From assembly GCF_964355755.1 (NCBI RefSeq), contig NC_092673.1:31493648-31557647 (forward strand): DNA of 64,000 bases, read 5' to 3'. Both the position numbers and the translations under genes were made by a program. Below are positions 15,101-27,541 of this stretch, in pieces; the first letter of the stretch is position 1; each line of letters opens with the position of its first letter. The notes beneath the pieces were generated by a model. The model was not told the DNA's origin. It did no database searches and worked only from the letters and a program-made list of their open reading frames with translations. The DNA is from Antedon mediterranea (taxonomy: Eukaryota; Animalia; Echinodermata).

Positions 15101-18100
15101 ACATAAACTAAAAATGATGCTTTACACAAAATATAGTTAAGTTTAAATAATATAAATTAATAAAACTAAGAAAATCTCATCAAACATAAAAATAAGCCAG
15201 TTGATACCTTCCAGATATATTTTATTATTCGTAATACCATTCTAAAGCTCTGCCTACACTATCAAACATTATGTGACTACAAAAATGTGATTTGCCCATA
15301 TATGGACATGATGATGTCATATCACTGCCATATTTGGAAATATCACTACCATATTTGGACACATCACATTTTTTTTTGTCAAACTAGTTTGATAGTGTAG
15401 ACAGATTTTAGGTATTAACTGCCCTCATTTATATCAACACAATAGAAACTAGAATTTAATTCGTCACTTTGACGAATTATAGGTGATCATTATTATCATT
15501 TTAATGAAATTAACATTTTTTAAACATGCACGTACGTTAACATACGATCGTAAAAAGCTGATGTACGCCATCCTATGACATGATGAATATACACTTATAG
15601 CATAACATACCTATTATGTGTCATATACAATATGTACAGTATATACTGTATATCTATATACAGTGTAGCATAGGTGAAATTATGGGACCCACATCATGTT
15701 CAAATTTTTCGGTATGATGGAATTATCAAAATAAACTCGAAGATGACAATTTCGAAAGATAATGAATTGAGCAAATAAATATAAGGATTGGAAGAGAATT
15801 TGACACGTAGAAGCGCAATGCGCGCTCTTTGAAATTTGTATAACTTCGACTAAAGAAATTTAAAAACTACTTTTTAACTTCAACTGGCCATATGATAACA
15901 TCACAACATCCGATAGGCTTAATTTTTATATGAATTCATATCTACATTTAATCAGCTTTCATAATAAATTATAATCTTCAAGGTCACCTTTAATTCTGAG
16001 GAGCTATAAGATATTCAAATGTTTGGTGTAGCTGAAATTACACGACCTAGGTTATTCTTGTTTTTACACGTGATGACGTCATCAAAATAAAAATGTTGAC
16101 AACTTATGAGAAAGATAATTAAATGAGCAAGCACATACTAAAATGTGTGCAAAAATTGGGCTCAAATAACGGAGATGCGCTCTATTGAATGTGATAACCC
16201 ACACAAAAAGATAATAATTACTAATTTTTAAATTCAAGTGGCCATTTGATGACGTCATACCATTTTTTACGTCTAATATGTATATATATTTATATCTACA
16301 ACTTATTGGCTTCCATAATAAGTTAAAACAATTGGGGGTCCCCTGCCATTCTGAAGAGTTATATTCATTTTAAAAAGGCCTTATTTTTTTACCATTTTTA
16401 GCACTTTTGTACAATTAATGTGCGCATTTTGTCATTTTTAACGTGCTCGTATAGCGTTATTTTAAGTCGGAATGGACTCAAAGTCGGAGAATGTACTAAG
16501 GATTGTGAGTAGAATATGATGTATACATCAAATTTTATTTTTTACCCTTTTTAAAAATCGCGTGCGCAAAAATGTGTTTTTGCGCAGTAATTTTTTTAAA
16601 CACGCAAATGGCCTATTTCATGCTCTAAATTGATAAAAACTAAATTTTGAGCTTTTTAAAATTTCAACGCGAGATTTCACGCGCATGACCTTGAAACGCC
16701 CGAGTTTTTATTTGCTAATATTTTTTATCTTGACCTCAAGTTTACGTGTAGTGATTTTCATTAATATGTGATAATGAATTATGGAGATATGATTGATAAT
16801 GTGATTTCACAAAATGGCGTATACGTGACGTCACGGATGAGTGATCACGCTGAAAAGCTTATTAGGACTAAGTTAACGTATTTGAAAGACATTGTGAAAT
16901 TTTGGTAATCATTAACATTAAACTTTTTGAGATATTTGTTACACAAAATCTGTACAGAGAGAAATAAATAATAAGAAAAAGAAGAATAAAGATTTCATAC
17001 AATAACAATAGGTGATCATTTTATTCTAAATGATCACCTAATAACAGGAACTATAGTATAGTACTCTCTGCGTGATTATGAAATAGCAAACACTATTAAT
17101 GTAGAGAAAATGTAACTTATAAATCAAGATAGTGGGGTACTAAAGAAAAATGACGGGAAAGGAAACAAATAAGCTACTGTAGATCAAAACAGCAGCCACA
17201 GAGTTGCCAAACTTTGAGAGAAAAAAAACCTATTTTTCTAATACAGTAGTTAATTATAAAATATCTGTACCTTTGAAGCTAGCAGATCCCCCTACACTTT
17301 GTAGACACTTGTCTGTATCAATCAACATTTAACAAGTGGCACGCACCGTCAACCAAAAGCCTCTCTAAAAACCTTAAGATTACAGTGTCCAACTAAGAGT
17401 GCTTAGCACGGTGCTATTCTAACAACTACTGTACGTACATCTACTTGAATTCCTCTTGTAAATGGTGGAAATTAACTATTAACGCAACGACAACGGCAGT
17501 ACTGGACTGCCGCGATGACAGCTATGATAACGCATGCACATCCCGCATCCTTCGACTCGCTTGCACTTATTTTATGAGTCATAAAAATACTGTTACGATA
17601 CAATTTAATAACAACATTAACTAAAGAAACATGTTTGTAAACAATAATATTTAGATTAGTGTATTTAAAAATCGATTCATATCTGGGACTTCTCAAAGTA
17701 GGGACCACTTTCAAAGGTGACTATACTGGACCGCACATATATAGCATGGTCTTTAGTCATGATTCTTATGAGAGACCAAAATAGTAAAGATTAGTTGTTT
17801 AAAAAAATCCTAAAAGTGGTCTATAAATAGACAAGTGACCTTCAAAACAGTATGTGTATTCATAGAGAAAAATAACTAGGAAGTGAATTACTTTCAACAT
17901 TTCCCTTTAACCTTTGACCTAATGTAAAATACAAGGAATGTTAGTTAAAGGATATCAGAAAGTACTGGAAGTTTACTTGAATCAATATTACGATCAAATA
18001 TCAGGTGGGACATAAAAATAAAAAGAAACTGGCAAATTATTTTTCTCAGTATAAAAGGTTGCCAAAAAAAAGTGGTACTGAATTTATCAGTATGGCAGTC

Positions 18101-21100
18101 ACACATGAGTGTACGGTGTGCAGACAACATAGTTGTTAAAGAATGTAAAATACTCTTCAAGTTTTAGATCTTCTCGAGTATATAAGACCACTTTAATTTT
18201 TCCAGGTAAGATAGGCTTGAAATAAAATACCAATTTGCTAAGTCACCTAAAATAAAATTAACAACAATTAACAATCAAGGATCATGATTCTAAGTAAATG
18301 AGTGACACTGCAAATTCACATATTTTCAATTTCATAAACAATTGAGTTTATAACAAAAATCATCTTAAAATGATTTGAACCTATGCTTTTTTAGACAAAG
18401 GTAAAGCACTTTGATACAGCGCCATTATGCAGGTGGCAATTTGATGATGACGTAGAGTACACCTGTTTCATAGGGCATTTACCTTTCATCAATCAAGACA
18501 TCAAATAAATCAAGTTATTACCTGTCGTCACTAAAACACTCATCACTGGTCAATAACAAAGGAATGCAAACATGCGATCACCAGCCATTGTTTATTAGTG
18601 TCCGTTAATAGCAAAGTGGCTATGATTTAAAAACGACAATCTAATTAAAAGCAATTTAGGATGGACATGAACTGGCCTACATAAGTAAAAACTGGTGATT
18701 TATTTTAGCCAACTAGTATAAATATTGAATATTAATGAGTTCGGACACCAATCAAAGAATTATACTGTATTTAATTTATTTTATTGCATGTTTAAAAAAA
18801 ATTTAATTTAGGAGAATAACTTCCTTCTACAACAATTTACGAAGTGGACCCTGTGGAAGAACAGTCTTTGACTGAAGAGGTTCCCCAGCATAAGAAGAAT
18901 AAATAAATAAATTTTTAAAATAAATTTCCAGAAATTCGAAGCACAAGAAGACAAGAGAAAGAAGAGAAAAAGATCGTTTTTTTAAAAACTGGACAACAAC
19001 AAATATTTCACTATAATTCTATGGAAAATGACGACAAGGTCCTCCTCCAACAAAGACATAGTTACCGGATGAAGAGTGAGAAAGTGTGGATTAAAAAATA
19101 TATACCTCCATGATACAATTCACAGTCATTTTAAAGGCAATAGGAATAACTCAACCAAAACACATCCCATTAGCCTTCAGCCATTCATACAATACTCAAA
19201 TATATACTTGTTATCTGAAACTTTGCACTATTATTAAACCCTTTAAACTCTGCAGAAATATTTTAATTGTTAAATAATTCCTCATGCAATTACAAGTTTA
19301 TCAATCAATGCAAGTTAATTTTAGAATTAGATTGGAATCTTGTGATATAGCATTCTGTCAAGAGGCTAATTATATATCTATTAATTGGTTTATGGTAAAC
19401 TTCCAGGGGTGTCATTTTCAAACTGAATAGACGGTATAATATCAGGTGGGAGTTGGAGAAAAAGAGAGGAATGATATGTGGGAAAAACTGTTGGTTCAAA
19501 ATGATACTCTGTGAAATGCTAATTTATGATAACTTGGAGTGTAAAAAAATGTGGGAGGTGGGGGGGGGGGGGGGAGAGAGAAGAGAGAGATAATACAACT
19601 TTATGCATTTGAGCTTTTTAGGTGTAAACATCTGACAGTCAGTTCAAAATGACATTGTAGGAAACTAGGTCAAGATAGAAGGATGGCCTTTATACCTGAA
19701 GGTCAGTGTGTAGTGGATTAAACCTATGTTACAGTATGGAGGGAGTAACAGTATGTACGAAGCATTGAGATAATTTTGCATGAAAATCATCAAAACAGTA
19801 GATGGGCTTATATACAGGTTATCTCAATGACACAATATGATATTGAAAAACCATAATTTGGACAAACATATGGTCCTTGGAATGATAAAATAATGATTAT
19901 TACGTGAAAGAAGAATACGATCATATGATATGATAAATATAGTTTTAACAAACTGTATGTTTCATACAGTAATACTGTAACATTGTTTTATAATCTCAGA
20001 GTCTATTATTCGTTGTCATTCAATAGATGGTCCATTTATAGAGTCAGTGGTCCTGGTCCAATAAATACAATCCTTTATATTTTCATGATTTGTTACCAAA
20101 TATTTCATTTTGAGAAGATGCCTCAAGAAGATTGATTTTTTTCGTGCAAAGACTTTGACGCCTTCGCTAATCCCAACAACTGTTGCTGTAAGTAATTTTA
20201 AGCTGCTCTAAACACGCTTCTGTTGACCTTTGAGCTCTCTAAAGTCCTATAAAAACATTTGGTTAAATCTTATAGCAAATTTGAAACATTAACATCCAGC
20301 GAATGAAATCCAAAATCAGGGTAGCAAGCTAATCTCAAGAAATGTGTGCAAAATTGAAATTTATTACATTTAACAACTATACAATATTTCTGCAGAATGT
20401 GTTCTCGAACATGAAAATATGTCTGAATTTGTCGGAAAATGTAAACTTAAATTGAATACATACGAAATAAATTAGTGAAAATGACCAGTAATGAAGATTA
20501 ATTTTGAGGTGATTTTTCAGATGATGCTGTTGGCATGGCAACACTAATTTATGAGTGGGAGCTTTTTAGACACAAAATTAACTCGCTTACCATGGGTTTT
20601 AAAGAGAACATTTCTACGCCATCTTCCGCTTCTATTTCTCTTACTACCTCTATCTTTACTAAGCAAACATGCAATAAATAGAAAACTACTAGAGGAATAT
20701 GTTAGTTAATTTACAAAAGGTTGAAGAAAACATTTGTTACATTGTATACTGTATGAAGATCACAGATAATACAACCACAAAACTGTAATAATTGTTAATG
20801 ACCGATTCTAGGAATAATCCTTAGCATGTGTGGAGTACTGTAATATTTAGTGTACCATCAACTTTCAAGACTTCCCCTATTGTGCTAATTCTGTACGTAC
20901 ATTAATGTACATTTGAAATACCACATTTTTATAGCACAAAACCTAAATAATGTAAACCACTGATTATCGATCCAGTACAATATTTGGACCATTAATAGAT
21001 AGTTAATAGCCAATAAACTGAACTTTTAAAAAGTATGATTTTAATTTCTGCAGGTTTGGTGTTTCATAATTTGATCCTACACGCACTAAAAGCCATGTTC

Positions 21101-21276
21101 ATATTCAAGACAACAAGTTTAATCTCCTACTAAACTGGTACTACGTACAGTCTTTGGCAATCAAAGATTTTGAATTGATTCTGCATGTATATTTACAGAA
21201 ACATACCTTGATCCCCTTTGCCACCCTTCCTTCGTGACGACCTTCGCGTCTCATCTTTCGATGGGGTTTGTCCCAT
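192..21276 (-). CDS. ABL: Abl-family non-receptor tyrosine kinase (SH3-SH2-kinase); 3' part lies left of the window
   Basis: Phase-consistent GT-AG coding exons: 21207-21276 ([23 protein letters not shown]), 7633-7794, 6132-6430 (SH3/SH2; WYHG, FLVRDS), 5173-5445 ([23 protein letters not shown]), 4499-4583, 2944-3121 ([12 protein letters not shown]), 2297-2481 ([26 protein letters not shown]), 746-898, 192-281. The last exon ends at a donor site. Confidence 0.96.
365..535 (+). mobile_element. Degenerate tRNA-derived SINE
   Basis: A-box-like TGGCCGAGCAG followed by CTCGGATAAGGA.TATAAACCGTAGGTCC, which resembles invertebrate SINE bodies. Confidence 0.4.
1149..1310. mobile_element. PIF/Harbinger-like MITE family A (copy 1)
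   Basis: TIR AGCTCTGTCTACACTATCAAAC...GTTTGATAGTGTAGACAGAGCT with TA/TTA flanks and an internal repeat of about 21 bp. Confidence 0.8.
3210..3426. mobile_element. Interspersed TIR repeat (second copy at 30074-30286)
   Basis: TAACCAAGGC...GCCTTGTTA termini; interior aligns by eye with the copy in a SPOUT1 intron. Confidence 0.65.
7085..7204. mobile_element. MITE family A, partial copy
   Basis: Internal ATCATGTCCATATATGGGC and right TIR. Confidence 0.65.
7451..7611. mobile_element. MITE family A copy
   Basis: Both TIRs recognisable. Confidence 0.7.
8228..8703. mobile_element. MITE with TIR AAAACCTCGAAAAGAAGCCCATGGGC and many internal CGAAAAGAAGCCC repeats
   Basis: Inverted termini near 8231 and 8697; about 10 copies of the motif; remnant near 56560. 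Confidence 0.7.
9118..9296. mobile_element. MITE family A copy
   Basis: Both TIRs; three ATATCACTAC internal units. Confidence 0.75.
9570..9890. repeat. Degenerate minisatellite, about 65-73 bp unit x5
   Basis: AAGTATTGAATATTCATGATGATGTATGCATAATT recurs. Confidence 0.8.
11620..12175. repeat. Tandem repeat, about 155-160 bp unit x3.5
   Basis: GGTTTATCCA..TAAGCTAGGCAC recurs near 11651, 11802, 11959 and 12115. Confidence 0.85.
12829..13205. mobile_element. Penelope-like pseudo-LTR remnant forming an inverted repeat embedded in (TA)n
   Basis: Arms of about 155 bp at 12853-13006 and 13050-13205 are reverse complements with a few indels; (TA)n lies outside the left arm and between the arms; the hammerhead overlaps the right arm. 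Confidence 0.65.
13033..13073 (+). ncRNA. Minimal type I hammerhead ribozyme of the Penelope-associated kind
   Basis: GCA-CUGAUGA-A-GGGC(uaguguu)GCCC-GAA-AGCU-C/UGC: conserved core boxes, 4-bp stem II, palindromic AGCU stem III and GCA/UGC stem I. Confidence 0.7.
13500..13965. repeat. Degenerate tandem repeat with GTTGATCATGATCAAC palindromes
   Basis: TTGTTGATCATATTTAACTGAACATGTTC-like unit seen four times. Confidence 0.7.
15246..15409. mobile_element. MITE family A copy
   Basis: Both TIRs, TAA/TTA flanks. Confidence 0.8.
15447..17043 (-). mobile_element. Non-autonomous Helentron-type element (HINE/DINE-1-like)
   Basis: Sub-terminal repeat ATAGGTGATCATT at 15479 and 17008 with an inverted partner at 17028-17040; hairpin AATTCGTCA-ctt-TGACGAATT at 15458-15478; simple-repeat tract near 16960-16990; minus-strand end CTAGTTT. 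Confidence 0.7.
17271..17328 (-). CDS. Candidate alternative (non-myristoylated, 1a-like) first coding exon of Abl
   Basis: ATG preceded by an in-frame TAA; [19 protein letters not shown] then AAG|GTACAG in phase 1, which matches the acceptor at 7794. Confidence 0.45.
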
Positions 21277-21393
21277 TTCACATGGCCCTCAACGCAAACT
21301 CAACACCTGTCAAAAAAGAAGACAACAAATATAATTCAATCTGAGAAAAAATAAAAAATGCAGATTAATAGTTATTTATAATAATAATAATAA

Positions 21394-21528
21394 AGCTGTC
21401 TACAGTACACTATCAAACAAGGGATTCTCTGATCAAACTAGTTTGACCTTCCCAAATAATATGACATAATCCTCATCATGTCCATTGGGCACATAATAGT
21501 TTTTCAGTTTGATAGTGTAGACAGAGCC
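21394..21528. mobile_element. MITE family A, degenerate copy
   Basis: AGCTGTCTAC...CACTATCAAAC and GTTTGATAGTGTAGACAGAGC. Confidence 0.7.
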
Positions 21529-21678
21529 TTTATATAGTGCACAATGTTTTTAAGCGGATTCCACAAAAAAAAATATCCATGAAATGTCCTAAGAAACCAA
21601 ACAATGAGAAAGAAGCCGAGGAATCATTTACACCGCTCCGTTCTCCAAGCACTTTGAAGCTTCCATAACATACTGTAC

Positions 21679-22207
21679 GTACAGCAATTAGATTCATTCT
21701 CCCCTTCAAGCTCTACTGCTGGTACCAGTGATTGGAAACGAAGAGAAAACTAATCTTGAATGAGCTTACTAGAGTATGAACATAGGTACAGCAATTAGAT
21801 TCATTCTCCCCTTCAAGCTCTACTGGTGGTACCAGTGATTGGAAACGAAGAGAAAACTGATCTTGAATGAGCTTACTAGAGTATGAACATAGGTACAGCA
21901 ATTAGATTCATTCTCCCCTTCAAGCTCTACTGGTGGTACCAGTGATTGGAAACGAAGAGAAAACTAATCTTGAATGAGCTTACTAGAGTATGAACATAGG
22001 TACAGCAATTAGATTCATTCTCCCCTTCAAGCTCTACTGGTGGTACCAGTGATTGGAAACGAAGAGAAAACTAATCTTGAATGAGCTTACTAGAGTATGA
22101 ACATAGGTACAGCAATTAGATTCATTCTACCCTTAAAGCTCTACTGGTGGTACCAGTGATTAGAAACCAAGAGAAAACTGATCTTGAATGAGCTATAGAG
22201 CGTGAAC
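21679..22207. repeat. Tandem repeat, 107-bp unit x5
   Basis: GTACAGCAATTAGATTC starts at 21679, 21786, 21893, 22000 and 22107; units nearly identical. Confidence 0.95.
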
Positions 22208-23284
22208 TGAGGGAAGTTGTGTATGCATTTCTTCAAGATGTAAAATCCATCTACTTTCTACTTGTCTGCCAGAATATTTAAGTTTGATTTGCCCCATAAT
22301 GTACTTGTTATGTACTGTATGTTATGGACGTACTATACCATCACAAGTTGAAGTCTGTCACTGAAGTGCAGTGCTAATAAAATTATTCCTATTATTAAAT
22401 AAAAAGAAAATTTTTTAACAAGGGTTGAATAAAAATCTAATGATAATTAAAAGACAGTGTATAAATAATTATTTAATAATTGCATTGCAAGTCTGGTTGA
22501 TTTAAATCACACTACAGTAGAAAGTTTTTTTGTTTAATTCTAAAAATATAGCAATGATGATATACTATACAGTACTAACTGTATAATACAAGTACTGTAT
22601 TTTACGATACAAATAAACATTTAATGTAATAGTATTCTTAAAACATGAACTAAACATTATGTTTGACTTCTGAACTTTATAACCTTAATACCCCTGCTTA
22701 ATACACTAAAACCAGTAGTTCAGTAGGCTTCCCATAAATATCTACCAACTCGGCAATCTTATTACAACCTCTGCTGCTAGGAACCGTTTTCAATCAAGTC
22801 TGGGTCCAGTTACAAGGAACACAGCAGGGACCACCTAGCAGCTGAATACAAAACTTGTAACATGGGTATTTTCTTGTATTCAATTCTACACTGTATTTTT
22901 ATACCCACTGTCTCTAATATTTAGCAAAATAGAATCACACATTGAACAAAGACAATGGAATATTGTTGATTGTAATTAAATACAGAAAGAATCAAAATTG
23001 AGGAGAGAAAACAGCACATACTATGGGAAAAATATTTAAAGTAAATACAGCCTACAATATTATCGGTAATTTATAAAGTGGTAGCAAGAATAGAATCAGT
23101 CAAGTACCAAAAAGTCATTTTTAGTATCATTTTTTAAATAAATTTTATTTTAAAGCTTATAAATAATTATAAAGATGCAAGTTACCAATAACAATATTGA
23201 TATTAGTTGATTTGAAATTGAAAAATCATGACATAATTCTATTTCATATTTGAAAACTAACACAAATGACATAAAGAAACATTA

Positions 23285-23444
23285 ACATAATATTTATTTT
23301 GAAAAATATGCAATTCTTATTTTGCAATTTCCTGTTTATATACAGCGAAATGAGAGCTGGATTACATAATATTTATTTTGAAAAATATGCAATTCTTATT
23401 TTGCAATTTCCTGTTTTATGTACAGCGAAATGAGAGCTGGATTA
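23285..23444. repeat. Tandem duplication of about 79 bp
   Basis: Two near-identical copies starting at 23285 and 23364. Confidence 0.9.
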
Positions 23445-25149
23445 TATTTTGCAAATTATTGTACGGTATTAAAAGAATCATTATAACAATATCTAAATTA
23501 ATTAAAATCTTGTAGAAAAAAAAAATAAATAAAAAAGAAATCTTATGAAATTGCCACACCTCTCAGTCACAGGGCGGAAGAAAATAAAACAACACATTTT
23601 AACCAGATTTTTAATTTGTGAACATTTTTTATGATAATAACATGGAACATTTTGCAAAATGTTTAAATTTAACCAATAACAATCAAAATACCTAATCAAA
23701 AAAACTCTGTATTGAATTTGAAAGCTGTGACAAAAAAGTACAACATAATTTATTATTTAAAACGCCATATAAATAATGCAAACGGCAATACAAAAGTAAA
23801 AGTACAATGTGTTGTTCTTATTTCCGAAGGACAAAAAAAGTACAATGTAATGTATTATTCACAAAAGCTGTAATAATAATTGAGTAAATATTTGACATTT
23901 GGAATGTAGGCTTTTTGAAACATATTGCTGATATGAGACTTCCTTTAGCAATAACTATACAGGGATGAATGGTGCGTTTCTGGAGGCTTTCGATAAACAC
24001 TACTGCACACAATTATCTGATTGTTGCACTTTATGATTAGGTTTAAACTGTGACCCTCCTCCCATCCTACCTCAACATTTTGCATAACCAGGACTTCTTT
24101 AAAGAGGGTATTTCAACCATTGTACAAACATTTTATAGACTTAGACCTCATTTACGATCTGGGCCGGATGTAGACCTGGACCACCTCTCGAGGTGTGACC
24201 AGGAGAGGCTTTTACTGTATGTTTGAGCCCGATTATGCAGTGCAATGTGACCAATAAATTGAGAAAGTAGTAGGTTGAGTAAATAGGCCGAAACAATTAC
24301 ATTTGGACCCGATCCTGGTACGGCTCAGGAACGGACTATAACCCAATTGTAGTTGTAAATGGGATCTTAGACATTGTAGGCCCTACTAATACTATACAGA
24401 CAGTTCTTTGGCCATGCGGGAAAATGTTGTCATCTTGTAGTGAAGTGGTAAAAGTACCGATGGACAACAAAATCCAACAACTATGTTGGAGGTTGGTAGA
24501 CATAGACTGCTCTACATGTCAAGTATGATACAATAACAACATTGCAAAGCTCCTTAACAATCCCTTTGGCAGTGTACTTTAGTTTTATAAATAAATTTTG
24601 GCTTCAAATGTTTGAGCTGGTTTGCTATCAATTTATGCAATTACTTCAGTTCAGTTGGCAATGATAAGATAATAAATGGTGTTAGGTTCTGGCTTGCCAA
24701 CAAAATAAGTAAACTTCATGCTTGACTGAGCACGAAATTGCAACCATGTTTATAAAGGGATGTTTATTCTTGGAAAATGATATCACTTTACAGGTATAAA
24801 GATTGGGTAATAAGTAAAGTGGCAGCGGAAAGTGATTTTAGTTCAGCAATTACAACATAAATTAAATTTTGTCCTGAATTTTCAGTACAGTGCTTATTAC
24901 TGCTAACTTGACAGGTACCTTTTTTTTAATGTTTTGTGTCTAAAAAAGTTAGTAATGTAAAATGTTGTTTCTAGTAGAATAAGTGACATGCATGAATGCC
25001 AACATCTGATTTAATAAAAAAGGGAGGTAGTTTTTAAGCTCAAGACTGCCCTCCATTTATCATCGAGACCAGGCAATACTATGGTGGTTATGCAAGAGTG
25101 GAACCCCTTCTGTTTTAATCAGACTGCATATGCTTTTACAAAGGCATAA

Positions 25150-25330
25150 GCTCTGTCTACACTATCAAACTAGTAAGTTTGACAAAAAAAAGTGTGATTT
25201 GCCCAAATACGGTAGTGGTATGCTTAAATATGGTAGTGATATGCTTAAATATGGTAGTGATATGACATCATCATGTCCATATATGGGCACATCACATTTT
25301 TTGTCACATAAAGATAGTGTAGAAAGAGTT
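25150..25330. mobile_element. MITE family A copy (opposite orientation)
   Basis: Both TIRs; three 21-bp internal units. Confidence 0.8.
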
Positions 25331-25890
25331 TTAAATATCCTAAATTTGCTTGTGTTTCAGCTTTCTTGGAATGTCAATGGATTCAAAAAGAAAAAAGTTA
25401 TGCACACCAGGAATCGAACTTATGCACTTCTGCTTGATATGCAAACACTCTACTAGTAGGGCAGTCTCGATCTTATTTCTACATTGTATTCTGGAACTAA
25501 TATCCTTCAATGAAAATGTTGGTCAATTGAAAATAGCCAAATCTACCCACATGATAGTTATTCTACCTTGCCCTTAGATAGACAAAATGATCATACAAAC
25601 AGTTTCGCTACAGCCTACTGTACAGGCCAATCCATGGAGGTACAAAATTATTTTTAATTATACCTCCATTCATGGCCCATCTATATACCAATTGTGGCAG
25701 TGCGATAACGCTGATGGCTATATGAATGATTTATTAATACTATTCTCTTTCCGATTTCAAGATTAAAAATAATAAAATATATTCTCATATTCCTATAATT
25801 TTTTTCAGTAAAAAATAGTCTTTCTGTAAAAATAATTTGTGTAAAAAAATTAATGCCAGATACGAATTTTTATATTTTCTTTTTACTCAC

Positions 25891-26340
25891 CTTTCTGTAT
25901 TCCTGTAATAAAGGCACCCTAAAGTTCAAATTATATTATCCGTGTTCATACGTAGTTTTACAACAGGCTATACGAGGCTAGAGGCTATACGATTAGCTCC
26001 CTCCAGGTCTAGGCTAGCGTAGCCCCAAACAAGAACGCACAGCGGAGGCCAAATGAATGAATACCTCTCCGCCCTTGGATGAAGACTTCCCAGACGATGC
26101 TGGGCTGAAATTAGGCCTGTTTGTCGACGGCCAAATATGCTGGCTTAAGAATCCCTAACATCCATTATTTTGAATGAATTGAAGAAGAATAATTAACTTT
26201 AAATCCTGTCAATATGTTGCAGAATCAAGCTTCTAATTCTGAGACTTGCAAGCGTTGAAATTCCAACAACGATGTCTCAAAACACAGGGTTCGACCGACG
26301 GCCATGTTCGATCGTGTCTCTACTTCCGGGGTTGAAAACT
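25891..26340 (-). promoter_or_regulatory. Probable Abl promoter and non-coding first exon
   Basis: CpG-richer segment; ETS motif CCGGAAGT near 26322-26329 and YY1-like AACATGGCCG near 26299-26308 on the minus strand; strong donor AAG|GTGAGT at 25891. The exon holding the ATG (21207-21306) has an acceptor, so an upstream exon is needed. Confidence 0.55.
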
Positions 26341-26744
26341 GTGAAAATGGGAAGTTAAATCTGGGCAACGTTCAAAAGTTTACATATCATACATTTATAT
26401 CATATCACACAATATTAATTAATTTATAAATAACAATTAGTGAGGGGTGCTATTTTTTGTGTACATACAATTACAAAATAAAAAATAAAACTTACCCCAT
26501 TTGCAAAGATATGCGCTCCTATTCACGCACTTCCGTTTTACTGTACACGCATACGCTCGACGCGAACGCTTTACGCGCACGCTCTTCCTATTTATTTGCG
26601 CGCGTACTGACAGTTTGTTGAACTTTTATAATGGATAAACACACTGCACGCGGCGATAAAATAGAAGTTCCGATTCTGTACCATATAAATTAAAAAAGGG
26701 GGGCCAACCTATAAAAAAAAATTCCAACAAAACAAACAAGAATC

Positions 26745-26750
26745 TTTATT
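26745..26750 (-). terminator. Candidate SPOUT1 polyadenylation signal
   Basis: AATAAA on the minus strand followed by TTGTTTGTTTTGTT. Confidence 0.45.
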
Positions 26751-27541
26751 TCATTCATTTACAGCAATTTTATTCATTCTTGTTGCACTTTCGTGACAAA
26801 ATTACACAATTACTTTTTCTAAGTTAGGTAGGTCTGTTTTATGTCATTTTACATTATTGTTCGTCTCCCTGTCATCCTGATTTTTATAAGGAAAATGATC
26901 TGAATCTGAACCAGATTTCTTCTATCAGTTTCAGAAATCAGAAGTAGGATAAACAGCGCCACCAACCATACTGTTTTCCAAAAAACTTTTGCTCTCATCA
27001 TAAGTGTTTTAGACTGTCTTTTAATATATATTACAGTGCATATCATACATTATACAGATAGAGCTTAAACTAGAGACACAACCCCTCACCCTCCCACCAG
27101 GTGGGAGGAGGGGACATCAGTCTTGCAGACCAAATGTTTAGAACATACAGTAGTCTATATAATGTTTTCGACCACACATGTTTCAAAATTGTACATTACA
27201 GTATGTATGATGTTGCATTACAAGATGCAGTATCTAATTATACTCCTGGGTGTAAACAAGAGAATGTATTAAGACAAATCCATCCACTAGATTTAAAACT
27301 TTTATTGTGAAATTTATTTAGTACTTTCCAATGTATATTAGTGACCCATCATTTGACAATGAGCGACTTATTGACTCAACAGCTGTGTAGTAAAGTGTTG
27401 TGAAAATTGAAAAACACTCTTATTATATTATATATTAACTCCTGTTTTAATAGGCTGGTATCTTTACAAAAGTCTCCCTCCACCAGTGGAAGGAGACTTA
27501 ATACTTTATTGTCAACTATATTCTATGTATGATGTCCTTGG

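Noticed and set aside
19106-19170. MGCVLV... myristoylation-like start in the Abl intron
   Set aside because: Stops after 14 codons, before the nearby weak donor.
21679-22207. Possible CRISPR array
   Set aside because: Whole 107-bp units are repeated, with no variable spacers.
25130-25456. 108-aa ORF with LKYGSDM repeats
   Set aside because: Translation of the 21-bp internal repeats of MITE family A.
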